Part shown: piece by piece, positions 203,241-216,009 of the stretch
Numbering within the stretch: the first letter of the stretch is position 1
How the letters are laid out: every line of letters begins with the position of its first letter
NCBI GenBank assembly: GCA_951406725.2
Contig: OX597817.1
Location: 87,812,001 to 88,060,000 of the forward strand
Source of the DNA: Octopus vulgaris
Taxonomy: Eukaryota
Length of the DNA stretch: 248,000 nt
Reading direction: 5' to 3'
Notes under the pieces: generated by a model
Databases searched by the model: none
Told to the model about the DNA's origin: nothing
Seen by the model: the letters and a program-made list of their open reading frames with translations, nothing else
Translations under genes and position numbers: made by a program

Positions 203241-204383
203241 GTTATATTGCTCTGTTGATGGAAAGATGTTTGTGGAGATGTATATCTGAGGACAAACTAT
203301 TGTCTCTTGCAGACTGCCAGTTAGACAGTAAGCTAGCATATATCTGGGTATGATTTTAAACTACATAAAGTAGTGGGGCCCTGGTTCAGTAGTTCCAGGA
203401 TTCTGAAGAGTATGGAACCACCTCTTAGCCATTACTGTTCCCAACCTATGGATTAATTAGCAAGTCAGTTGGGAAAGTGGAGCTTGATAGCCTGGAGTGG
203501 GGGGGGGACCCATCTACATAGTGGAAAGAAAATAGAGTTGTAAATGCCCACTGCCCTGCAGCTATACCTAGCCATGGGAAAGGCTCTGAGTATAAACCCT
203601 GAGGGGGGGGGGGGAATCAATAGTCAGAGTCCCTGAGGCAGTTTGACATTGTCTACAGCCTTGTTCTGGCAACTCCTGTGATGATACTGGTGCCAAACTG
203701 TAATGGCTATGCTATTCCTTTGGATTCATCAGTGATGTAGGGAAGGATGGGAGTAGGGGAAACATGCTGCATGGGCAACAACCTGTCCTTCATACCATAC
203801 TGAACAGGCTTGGATCCTTTCAAACAGACTATACCAGAGTGACAGAACCAGACTACACTACAACCCAAACAGTACCAGGACAACCCACAAGTGCAGCTTG
203901 TGTGGAAGCAACTGCCATTCATGCGTTGGACTGTTCAGCCACAGACAACACTATTCCATTAAGGCAGACAACTAGGATCCTTACCCATGGTTGTTAATGA
204001 CAGACAGAGGTCAAAGAATTTGTTATCAGCAGATATAAGACATCATCTGTCTATCACAGGTGATACTTTCAGAAAATTTCTTATAGCTATTCCTAAACAG
204101 AAACACTTAGATATAAATATTCCAAAATACCTGCAGTGAATATGATTTTACTATATAAAAGCTGAATACTTCTCTGCAATCCCAGAATTCAATGTCATTT
204201 GGGTCTCAGTGAAGACATCAACCTCATGAAATATTTAAGTCCATGTGACAGAACCTATCCTTCTACATCTTACTGGCAACCAATAACAAAAATTTTCTTT
204301 ACTTCTTGTAATTATTAACTGAAAATTTAGGAAATAAAAATCTAAATGAGGTGCTTCACCTAAGAAAATATAAATATACTAAC

Positions 204384-204531
204384 CAGTACTGACTCTGAAG
204401 TTAGAATCAGTTTTACTTTTCTGCTTATATTGATGATGGTAACTCACAGTAATTTCTTCAGTCCACACAAGTGCCAACGTTACAGATTCATATGTAAGCA
204501 TATTCATATCAATTAACTCCATCCAAGGACT
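204384..204531 (-). CDS. EPG5: EPG5 exon
   Basis: SPWMELIDMNMLTYESVTLALVWTEEITVSYHHQYKQKSKTDSNFRVST; phase 0-1. Confidence 0.85.
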
Positions 204532-205164
204532 CTGCAAAACAAAAAAGTTTCCAAGTTAAAACATCTTAAGCTATCAATGAAATATTTCAAGTACAACTAT
204601 TCATGAAGTTTTACATATCAGATAATTACATAACTAGAAACAAGACATGTTAATGTAAAGCTCTATGATATTTACTGTATCTAAAGGCATAAAAGATGCT
204701 CAGGCACATTAGATGCACCCCTCATTTCAGCAGCGCATATTCAAATAAAAAATGTTTAGTGCATTAATGCATGTAATATGGGTCCCACTACACATATAGG
204801 GCTCAGGGTGACATTTTGAGACATTTTTTGTTAAAATAAAGTATCTTATAAGCCGCTACCTCCATGCTGCCGTCATCACTACTACCACCACCATCTTCAT
204901 CATCATCATCATTTAACATTTGTTTTCCATACTGGCATAGGTTTGGTGGTTTGACAATAACTGACCAGCTGAAGAGCTGCCCAGGCTCCCTGTCTGTTTT
205001 GGCATGGTTCCTAAGGCTGGATGCCCTTCCTAATGCCAACCACTTTACAGAGTGTACTGGGTGCTTTTACCCAGCCTGGCAACGATGCTTTTAAGTGGCA
205101 CTGGCACAAGTGCTTTTTACATGGCACCAGCAGCCACAAGCCCACAAGATTAGGATCTGTTGTT

Positions 205165-205555
205165 TAAGGCGGTGAGCTGGCAGAAACGTTAGCACGCCAG
205201 GCGAAATGCTTAGCGGTATTTCATCTGGCATTACGTTCTGAGTTCAAATTCCGCCAAGGTCGACTTTAAGTACCAGTTACGCACTGGGGTCAATATAATC
205301 GACTTAATCCATTTGTCTGTCCTTGTTTGTCCCCTCTGTGTTTAGCCCCTTGTGGGTAGTAAAGAAATAGGTATTTCATCTGCTGTTACGTTCAGAGTTC
205401 AAATTCCACCAAGGTCGACTTTGCTTTTCATCCTTTCGAGGTTGATAAATTAAGTACCAGTTAAGCACTGGGGTCAATGTAATCGACTTAATCCCTTTGT
205501 CTGTCCTTGTTTGTCTCCCCTGTGTTTAGCCCCTGGTGGGCAATAAGGGAATAAA
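205165..205555 (+). mobile_element. Tandem tRNA-derived SINEs with Nin/Deu-like central domain
   Basis: ggcggtgagctggcagaa head; gactttgc(c)tttcatcctttcg(a/g)ggt(t/c)gataaattaagtacc core; tail agccccttgtggg..aaagaa. Confidence 0.75.
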
Positions 205556-206992
205556 ATTAGGATCTGCTGTGGACTGATACAGTCAGTAATGTTAGTCAGT
205601 GAGGTACACTGTTGTCCCACAGAGACAACAAAATATGTTGTCTATAAAGTGGGACACAAAAGGAATGCTCAGCTGAATTGGGATGCAAGGAACATGCATG
205701 TCTGCAAGGACAATTTTACTTAGTTGGATGTATCTTCTCAAACACAGTAAACTGCCAGGAACCATGGTCCTTTGTCATCCTCTCTGTGACACCCAATGTT
205801 TGAAGATCCTTCCTCACCTCTTCATCTCACATCTTCTGGAGTCTACCCCTTCCATTTGTTCCCTCCACAATTAGAGATCAAGTATAGTATTTCAATAGTT
205901 TTAGTTTATATAAAACTGGTTTGGTTAAATTCTATGAGTAATCATTACTTGGAGTATATGAATAAAGATGGCTGATATAGTTTAAACCAGCAGGGAAACA
206001 TTAAGTAACTGAAACAGAATATTGGGCTACGTAGTTTAGACAGTGTACAAAATATTGTAGCTAAGATAGTGCATCATATGATACTGATGTTTCTAAATGG
206101 TATGGGTAAAGCAAATCTGATTGACGACTGTAAATAGGTATGACATATGAATGGCAAGAGGCTTGGATTTCAAAATCTTTGTAACATTTATAAATTGCAC
206201 CAAATACCTGATTTTCTAACCTGATGGAGTTTGAGAAAATATAGATATTTTTCAAATACAATTATTATTATATATTAGATATTTGATAAAAGAATGACAA
206301 GTTTTGCTTTAATCACAGTTTAAAACATTTCAGTTCATTTATGCTACAAATAAAATTAGGAAAACATCAAAAAATGATATTTTCCAATTTTGTCACCACG
206401 AAAAAAATAGGTCTTCAAGAGTAATCCAAATAAGCCAATAACAACAATTTAACTAAGTACAAATTTCTTTAATTTTTTACAAAACTATATTCAACATCTT
206501 GTCTATGGATCATAAGACAACACCAGCTGTGAGATATACACCCATAACTCAACATGATTTCTCTACCATCTGTAAGATATACACCCCAATCTGACTTATT
206601 TAGCCTTAATGAGCTGATTAACATTTAGTTTTATTACAATAACTAATAACCAGTAAGTCAAATAAAGAAACCTAAAAGACAACTGATTCATATCAGCAAT
206701 TCAATCCATATATATTTTATAGTAAGATTAATTAATAATATTCATTTTACATTCAATTAAATGTGAAACAGTTTAAAGCAATATTGACTGAACAAACAGA
206801 AAATGTCAGTAGCATAATATATATATATATATATTATGCTACTGACATATTCATATATAAAGTGTGTGTGTGTATACATGCAAGTATGCTCGCATGCAAA
206901 TTATTGCCTATACACAAATACATTATTATTAATTAATCTTAATTAAAAATAAGAAAATGTTTGTATGATATCAGAGAAATAAATAAACCCAC

Positions 206993-207116
206993 CTTATCAC
207001 AGAAAAATATCTTCTGCAAGCGCTCAGAATCATATTGTGTTGGAAGTGCAGGGAGATATAAGGTAGCTTCATGAAGTCGAGGTTCATCCAGCCAAAATTG
207101 AAAACTCTCAAATAAG
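206993..207116 (-). CDS. EPG5: EPG5 exon
   Basis: LFESFQFWLDEPRLHEATLYLPALPTQYDSERLQKIFFCDK; phase 2-0. Confidence 0.92.
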
Positions 207117-207403
207117 CTGAAAGGTGTAGGAGAAAATATTTTCAATTATTTGACACTTCTTGAAATAAGTTTTATTCTCTTCATACTTACACTTACATAC
207201 ACATACACATTTGATTTTAACATTTACAAACATAAACATACACAGATTCGCCAACACTACACCTGATTTTCTCCCCTTCATACACACAAGCATGTATCTG
207301 ACTCATACATTGTCCGCTTTCCAGACATTTGTACATTACTGCATACCCTTTATACACACTTTCTGACAAGTTGTGGTGCACCTGAGCACTGTATACAATA
207401 ATT

Positions 207404-207439
<36 letters not shown>

Positions 207440-207523
207440 CATAGAATATTGGTTTGTCTCTCAGTGTATCAAGAGCTTCCAAACATTCAGAACAATATCC
207501 AACATAAAAAAAAAGCAACTCAC

Positions 207524-207638
207524 TTTTGTAATGTTGTATGTAATTGAGTATTTAACGACTTCTTTACGGTTTCCTCACATTCTCCTTTCAAAGATTCTAA
207601 AGAAAGGCAACTGGAAGATTCAGACATGGGTGGAGATT
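207524..207638 (-). CDS. EPG5: EPG5 exon
   Basis: SPPMSESSSCLSLESLKGECEETVKKSLNTQLHTTLQ; phase 1-2 bridges its neighbours. Confidence 0.78.
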
Positions 207639-209432
207639 CTAAAAATGTACACAAGAAACTATTATTAGATTTTGTCACTGGCATAGGTACTTTTTAAAGG
207701 TAAAAAAAAAAAAGAACATAATTGTTTTTAGATTAGTTCCAGTATGTCTGTGACATATTTTAACTTCTAAAGCTAATTTCACTGCAATTTACTGTGGAAA
207801 AAAATTCTCACTTATGGTAAAGGTGTAAATTCACCATGATCAGTTCGGTGGATTCCTCTCTTGGACTTTTACAAGCATTTCTGGCTCATTATGAGATAAC
207901 CCTGAGTCTATATAACACAATCTTCTCTTAATCAAAAAGAATTCATGTTTTCAGACCAGCTACAAAATGAAACAAGAATATCAAAGACCACCTGGACATA
208001 CAATAAGTACAGTTTGTTGCCACAGCCAACTTCAACATAAACAGTCCCTCCCATGAAAAGCACTTCCAACCACTCCAAAACATCTCTACAATAGAATCCT
208101 TAAGTTTACAAGTCTTCCACTTAGCCCTGACAGACATTAAAATAGAACCAGATACAGAGAGGACTAGAAAAAACATTAAGTACAACATTAGTTGAAATAA
208201 TGTGCTAAGAATGCAGCGCAACACAAACGTGCAGAAGAACACTATCATGCTCTGACCCAATCCATCATACCTGCCTGCATAGTAGTGACCACAATATCTA
208301 CAAACATACAGGCAAGCAAGAGTATCTTTGTGTGGCCATTAAACATACTAGAAACAGCAACCAAATCCCAGTCTACCATATTTCAATAATGTGATCATAG
208401 ATATCCCGAAAAAATAGCATAATTATGACTGAAATGCCTTTAATCATGGGTCTGTTTGATCATAGTAGACCTGGGGCTAAACAACAACAAGAGGCATACA
208501 GAAACAGATTTAACAGTGGAGAGAATATAACATATCTATACTGGCACACTGAATCTCATTTGATTCATCACTGCATATCAAAGTGTACTCTAAGATTGTT
208601 AACAAGGTTGAGCCAATGGAATAATAGATGAAAGGGTTGAACCTGGTTGTTTGGCTAACTACTACATACCATAGAACTATACAACCAGAGCTGACCTATA
208701 TATTGCATAACAACATCCAAAGAATTCATCTTAAGAACAATGAAAAGCAAAGTTAACTCAAATGAGATTTTTACTCAGAAAATAAATGAAAGTAAATACA
208801 TTTTGTTGAGTATATTATCATTTCTATCATTCCACCCAATTTGACACGAGCATACATAAAATATTAAAAAAATTAATACTGACTTCTACCAGAGGCATAA
208901 GATCATAAATAATGACTTTTGTCAAAGGTAGCTACCTACAAATAATAGAAGATGGAGTATAGTCAATTTAAACAACACCATACTTGACTGGTTCATCTCA
209001 GATTGCTTGTGCTCTGACATAAAGTATATATGTACACAACCAGGTATACACACACCATATACATGTATATATAATATAGTATTGTTGATGTTCATGGAAA
209101 TGATCATCTAAAGAGCACTCTATTTTTTTCTATTGCAGAGCTTACACTAGATGCACTAAATGGGGTTGATTGAGTGTTAGGGGAGATTAAGGAATAGATA
209201 TTGTAACTAGGTTGGACTATTTGAAAGTTCCAGGTTAGCTACTGCCAAGTTCTTGATAAAAGTTCATGTGGAATATTGTTTCTTTTGAAAGGATAGTTGG
209301 TTTAAGAAAGGTCAAGGTGGCTTCAGGATTGTAAAGTCAAAAGCAGAATATGCAAAAAATGGAACATTAAAATGAAAGAACTGCTGAGTTCCAGAAATAA
209401 TGGAGAAGTGCTGTTAAGCTGACATCCCTCAC

Positions 209433-209584
209433 CTGTGTTTTCTCCTTCAGAACCTTTGGCACTCTGTAACACAGCAATATGGTGCTGAACTACATCCACA
209501 AGTTTCTTTTTCATTTTTTTCAGCAGGTTTCGGTAACTGAGGCTTTCAAAGAACCGGTTTCCATTGCTTGCTCGTTCTGGTAAG
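209433..209584 (-). CDS. EPG5: EPG5 exon
   Basis: LPERASNGNRFFESLSYRNLLKKMKKKLVDVVQHHIAVLQSAKGSEGENT; phase 2-1. Confidence 0.87.
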
Positions 209585-211262
209585 CTGTGAAATACAATAC
209601 AAATATTGTTGCAGATCTATAGAAAAATGAAATTCCAAATAATCAGCTGTAACAAAAATCTGTGATAAAATATGTAGGAGTTTGACTTTAGAGAAGTTGA
209701 TGGCAAACAAGAAGGGAAGAACAAATGGAATGAACCATAGTGGAAGAGAAAACCAGATGACATCTCTGACTTAAGAATAATTCAGAAATAATATTATAGA
209801 TTATATTTACTTTATCTGTCAGAATGCATGATATAGATTTTTAAGAGAACAGCTGGTTAGTTATTAATCTAAGATAAGTTAAAGCAGGAATATAATTAAA
209901 CAACAGAACAAGAAAACAATTATAGTTGCTAAATACTAGTTCACAATACAATTTATAATGTGAAAATAAAACTCTGTATACTGACAAAACAAGAAAAAAT
210001 TTGTAAATATTGACAAAAGTGGTAACTTCATATAACAGCAACATTGGAAAGACAAGAAAAAGGTAAAAAGAATGATCAGAAGAATAAAGGAGCTTTCAAA
210101 AAGTGTAAACTCATAGGGATCATACAATATACAACATACAAACAACAATGAAATCAAAAATAAAATTATGACAATAGGTAGGATGATGAAACATTTCCCA
210201 ATGTATTACATTTCAGGTGACATATGTAGAAATTTGACATTAGAGGAGACATTAATGGCAAACAAGAAGAGGGGAAGAACAAATGAAATGAACTATAGTG
210301 GAAGCGAACAACAAGATGACATAAATATTACAGGAGGCATTAATAAGATTATATTGTAATTTTATGAGAAGTGGAGCCTGCTATGTAATTTCTATAAAGA
210401 AAACTAAGAGCAGAAATATAACCTCAAAGAAAATGGGTTCTTTTGAAACTAGAAGCTTTTTTTTTTTTTGAGACACTGTAAAATAAAACAGAAATAATTT
210501 ATATAAATGCTACTGCAAGCTAGGAGAAAAGTTGTGCACTACAAAAATAAAGCAATCACTACATGTTAGAAAATAAATTACACCTACACATAATAGAAGA
210601 AAGGAAAAGACATGCTCAGCTGAAAAGTTCCTGGATCTGATTGTATACAAGAAGTCTGTTTGAAATATTTCATCTTATGCATGGAGAGATGGCTACACAT
210701 CTAAAAACTCATGTCACTATTGATAATCAAATATCTGATTAGATAGGGGAAAAAGTTTAAATGGTTGGTATTTAATGAACCATAACATGTGTAAATGGTC
210801 ATTGAACTTCTCTTGAAAGATTAGCTTCTACCAATGGAACAAAAAGTGGGAAGACAAAAAAATTCAAGTAATGAACAACCATCCCTCACTTGAGAGGAAG
210901 CTAAAATGAAAAATAACAAACAGCCATCAAACATGTGAGTTATATGAATTAATTTCAATAAAACCTCTATAGCTGTACATTCCTGGATTGTCAAATATTC
211001 TCATTATGCCTGGTAAAATGGATCAGTTGTTTGATTTGCTGACCAAGTTTTCTCTATCCTAAGACAATTCGTAAAGACTATAGGACTGACTATGAGACTG
211101 ACCAAGTTTCCTTTGTCTAAGGACAGTTTCTAAAGACTAACAAATTGTGAAAAATAAATCATTCACACATTTGAACAAGTTATATGCAATTATATCTCAT
211201 GAAAGGAAAGTATAAAATAAATAAATTTGTAATCATTGATAACTATAAATTAAATGATATAC

Positions 211263-211429
211263 CTTCCAGGTGTAATAGATCTTCCCAAGTAGAGCACAAA
211301 AAAGCGTTGCCATATAAGAGGCAATATAGGATGATCATTAGGAGTGTCTACTGCTTGCTGAGCCCAACGGTAAATATTGAGACGATGGAAAGCAGAGATT
211401 GTCTTTAACTTGAGTTTGACAGCAGATTT
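211263..211429 (-). CDS. EPG5: EPG5 exon
   Basis: [55 protein letters not shown]; phase 0-2. Confidence 0.93.
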
Positions 211430-211594
211430 CTGAAATAAGTCAAAAAAAGCAAGAAATGTTCAAACATATATTTCAAATAACATGTTAGTCTAAATCTGTA
211501 AATGTTTAATAACCTATAGGTATATAATTTAGAAGACAACCATTTCTGTGATTGCATTTCAGGTTAAAATAATAATACAAAACAGTAAACTAAC

Positions 211595-211828
211595 CTTCCA
211601 GGCTTGTTCCACAGATATTTTGGTATTTGATAAAAGCTCTTGTTGTATAGTAGGCCATAACAGTGTACATTCTTCATACTTTCCTTCAATGCTGAGAATA
211701 AGGTAAGCTAGCCATGGAGCATCAGGTAATGATTGTTTTTCCATGAATGATGGCAGATTCTGACCAGCAGCAATCCAATTCACAAAAGATTCTACAACAC
211801 CCTGACTTCTGTATTCTGCTAACATACA
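211595..211828 (-). CDS. EPG5: EPG5 exon
   Basis: CMLAEYRSQGVVESFVNWIAAGQNLPSF...KISVEQAWK; phase 0-0. Confidence 0.92.
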
Positions 211829-213694
211829 CTGAAAATAAACACATAGCAATTTCAAATACAAACAATTTAGTTAAATGTCACTATGCTCTTGGTACTGACA
211901 TTACTTTCAGCTTCTTCCTTATCACTTAACCCTTTCAATACCAAACTGCCCCAACCCACCCTTGATTATATGCTACAAACTTCCTGTTTTTACCCTTTAA
212001 CATTCAGATTAATCTGTCAAATGCCTTGTTTATTTATTCATAAATTTTGTAATTACTCATGAATCATCTCATAGTTTCAAGATTTCAATGAGTTTACCTT
212101 TAGAATGACAATGTAGGATAGGTGTGAGAGGCTGGACCTGGCCAGTTTGAACGAAAAACAGACATAATATTTGGGCCAGATAAGGCCAGTTTGAATGTTA
212201 AAGGGTTAAAGTGATTTAAAGTTAAATCTTCCATAAATCTATGTTTCAAACACCAGTTTAATAATGACTAATTTAATTTACTAAATTCTTCATTATTTTC
212301 AAAATCAATTGAAACAAAGGAAGTATTTTTCAAACAGAAACATGGTAACAAAAGAGATGAGGTGCCTCTGAACTCAGGATGAACTACTGCAGGTTTTAGT
212401 GTCTCTAGGGGAGATTGCAGTAGAAAAAGCTCTTGGAGACTTCTCCTGGTCCATAACATATGGATTCAGCATATGAATTTAAAAATTAAACATTTATTCA
212501 ATTATTCAGTGTTCCCACAGCTTAAACTTTTAGCATTCAGATTACTCTATCAAATGTAATGCTTATCTATTCACATCATTTTGAATTAATCATGCATTAT
212601 CTTGTAGCTTTGACATTTTGATGATGTGATTATATATTTTTAGAATGATATTGTAGGATAGGTATGAGAGGTCAGATCTGGCCAGTTTAAACATAAAACA
212701 GGTAGAATATTTGGGTCAGATATGGTTACCTTAAACACTAAAGGGTTAAAGTAGGAAACCAAACTTAGGCATGGTACTTATTTTTAGAAAAGTGAACTAA
212801 GCCAAAGAATATTTCAGCCATGATTACAGTGAACCTCCATCAATTAATACAAAATCTTTTTAATTTGCTCGGCTGAAACTGCTATCATTATATTGTGTAA
212901 ATCAAAATATCTCAATATCAGTTTTATAACAGCTTTCATATACAAGCATGAATTATTTAGGACTGCAGTACCACATATTTTCAGTTGAATCCATTCTTTT
213001 TATCAAATCTTTTGACATATATCTTAGTTAATTGCCTACCATCAACCACCAACACACAACACTTCTTTGTCAGTTTTAATCATCATCATTTCTTTCAATG
213101 TCCACATTTCCATGCTTAATTGAGTCTGACAGAATTCACTGAAACAGATTTTCTATAGCTGGATGCCTTTCCTGTCACCAACCCTCACCTGTTTTCAAGT
213201 AGAGTAACAGTTCACTTTGGCCAAACATTTTCACAAAAGACTGTAAATAAAGTATACCACTTGTATGATACTCAGACTCGTTTACAGCTATGACACAATG
213301 TTTCAACAAGAAAATACTAACACCCCATGCCATGCCCATATGTGTGTGTGTATTTCCGTCTATCAAATCCACTCACAAAGCATGTCCCTTAGTGGCTGAT
213401 GATATGTGCATCCCTGATCACAAGCAGGAGTAATAGGGGTGCATCAAAGCCATGTGTTGAGAGGGATTCTTTGAGGTTTGAATAAACATAACAAAAGCAA
213501 ATCTTGAAGAAAATATTAGCCATTTTTCACACTTTCTAGGGGTAAGAAAATAGGAAATGACAGTTGCTACCCAAGGACAAAAATCGTGTTTCACAGTGTT
213601 ATTATTGCACTAATTCAAATAACTATTAGCATTTCCCATACATCATGAAATATTTTCTTAGTTTCACATAAACTAGTGACAAGAAGCTATTTAC

Positions 213695-213791
213695 TTGATA
213701 CTGTTCTGATAGAAGGGTCTCAATCTTCTTCAGTGCTTCTACATAACGGAATGCACTTCGCACAAGGTTGTCCAGCACATAACAGCAGTTT
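213695..213791 (-). CDS. EPG5: EPG5 exon
   Basis: NCCYVLDNLVRSAFRYVEALKKIETLLSEQYQ; phase 2-0. Confidence 0.88.
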
Positions 213792-214937
213792 CTATCAAAA
213801 GAACAGAAAGACATTGTAGCATATTTTTTTATCATTTGTTTGAAATATATGACATATAAAATTGAATTTTATTCACACCTTACTCCAAAAGTTAAGCAAG
213901 CAACACAGTGGTGTCCCTCCAAACAACCATACACACAGGCATACAATAATTTAATATTACTGTGATATTTCTACATAACAAAATTTTAACAAATTACTTT
214001 CCCTAATAATGATTTCAAAATTGGCACATGGCCAGCAATTTTGGAGAAGTGCTCAACTGGTACTCTTTTTATCAATCTCAAAAGGATAAAGGGCAAAGTC
214101 AACCTAGACAGAATTTGAACTAAAAACATAAAGACAGACAAAATGCCACTAAGCATTTTGCCTAGGATGCTAATGATTCTGCCAGTTTGCTGCCTTTACC
214201 TACCCTAATATTGAGTGATTTAAAATATTATTCATAACTAATAAATAATAATCCTGGATTTCATTAATAACTGTTTAATATAAGATAATCCACAAAATAA
214301 TCTAATATTTTACAGCAACTATATAAAATGGGGAAGAAGATGAAGAATGAATTTAACACAAATGTTATATTCATTACAATTGTTTCTATACAATTCCATT
214401 TCTAACCACACCGCTGTGCTTGAGTCAAGTATGTCAACATCAACATCAAAGTAAAAATTAAATGGAAATTGTAGTTATGATACTCGTGCTAGTGGCATGT
214501 AAAAGTCAAAGTGTATGTGTGTGTGTGTGTGTGTGTGGTGAAGGCATGTGGCTTGGTAGTTAGGGTGCTGCAAACACACTCATAAGATTGTGGATTTGAT
214601 TCCTAGGTGGGTGGTATGTTGTGTTCTTGAACAAAACACTTCATTTCATGTTGCTCTGCAATCACTTCAACATCAGACGTGTGTGGCACACTGTGCACCA
214701 CTACAGGCAAAATTGGTTTGATAGAGGAAGTAAGTGATTTGATTACTATAAGCAAACCATTTGTACAGGTTTTTCAGAAAGAAATTGCAGAACCCTCACC
214801 TGTTAATTACAACAGGAGAGTCCAACACACACAAATATTTAGAGCATTTAACCAGTAATTACACAGCCTAATATCTGGATATGTATCCACAAAGGTCTAA
214901 TTAATTACCTGTAAATTTGAAAATGTAAAAAAATTAC

Positions 214938-215035
214938 CTGTCCAAACTCCATTTTGGAATTTTCAACATCAAATGAGCCCATAATGCAATGACAGTCACA
215001 GCATCCGCAGGACAATTTGTTGCTTGTATTTGAGT
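214938..215035 (-). CDS. EPG5: EPG5 exon
   Basis: TQIQATNCPADAVTVIALWAHLMLKIPKWSLD; phase 0-2. Confidence 0.85.
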
Positions 215036-215145
215036 CTAATAAATAAATAGAGGCAAATGAGGAAGTAAAATAACAAAACTACATTCAGATATTAAAAAAA
215101 AATACTGAATTTGTTAAGTTATATAATAATCTCTAGTCACTTTAC

Positions 215146-215266
215146 CAGAATCATGGAATTAAATAATTTGGTCATGGCACCAGGGAAATCAGAAGAAATA
215201 AGGTTTTTTGCAACTCGCATAGGAGTTTCGTCAGCAAGTAAGACATTGTGGAGTGTTTTTAAAAAC
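215146..215266 (-). CDS. EPG5: EPG5 exon
   Basis: FLKTLHNVLLADETPMRVAKNLISSDFPGAMTKLFNSMIL; phase 2-0. Confidence 0.88.
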
Positions 215267-215964
215267 CTGCAAATAAAAGAAAGTAAGGTGTAAGAGGTTT
215301 CAGTAAACCTTTAGTAAAACATCTTGTTAAACCTTGAAATCCTAAATTTTCAACTAATGAAAAGATGCAGCACACAATTTAAGTCATGTATGTATATATA
215401 CATATAATAAAGTTGAATCAAGGAAACCAGTGGAGGCACATGGCTTAGTGGTTAGGATGTTGAGCTCATGATCGTGAGATTGTGGTTCTGATTTCTGGAC
215501 CAGGTGATGCATTGTGTTCTTGAGCAAAACATTTCATTTCACGCTACTCCAGTCCATTCAGCTGGTAAAAGTGGTAAACCTGCAACGGACTAGTGTCCCG
215601 TCCAAGGAGAAAAATATACACCAAAGAAACCAGGAAACTGGCCTATACTCCACAGAGTATTGTGGAATAACCAATAAAACCAAATATTAATATTTTAAAT
215701 GCATTTAATACACATGTTTCAGATGATTATGCAAGAGAGAAAAAGAATTTGCCTATTACATAATACGTTCTTCAATTAAAACATTTCAAAATATAAAGAT
215801 ACAGTATTATTATACATTTTACAACTCTAAGTCATTACAAGCTAGCCTGTCCTTACTTCATTTACACAGGTATTCTAAAAAGGATTTGGAATGGTTTGTT
215901 CTACTGGATCATGAGTCAAAAAATTCTGGTAAAATGTATTGCTTCTGAGCATAACATGCAATGT

Positions 215965-215965
<1 letters not shown>

Positions 215966-216009
<44 letters not shown>

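Noticed and set aside
203340-203720. HDV-like ribozyme in an RTE-type 5' UTR remnant
   Set aside because: Region resembles an RTE 5' UTR but I could not build the nested double pseudoknot by eye; needs a descriptor search
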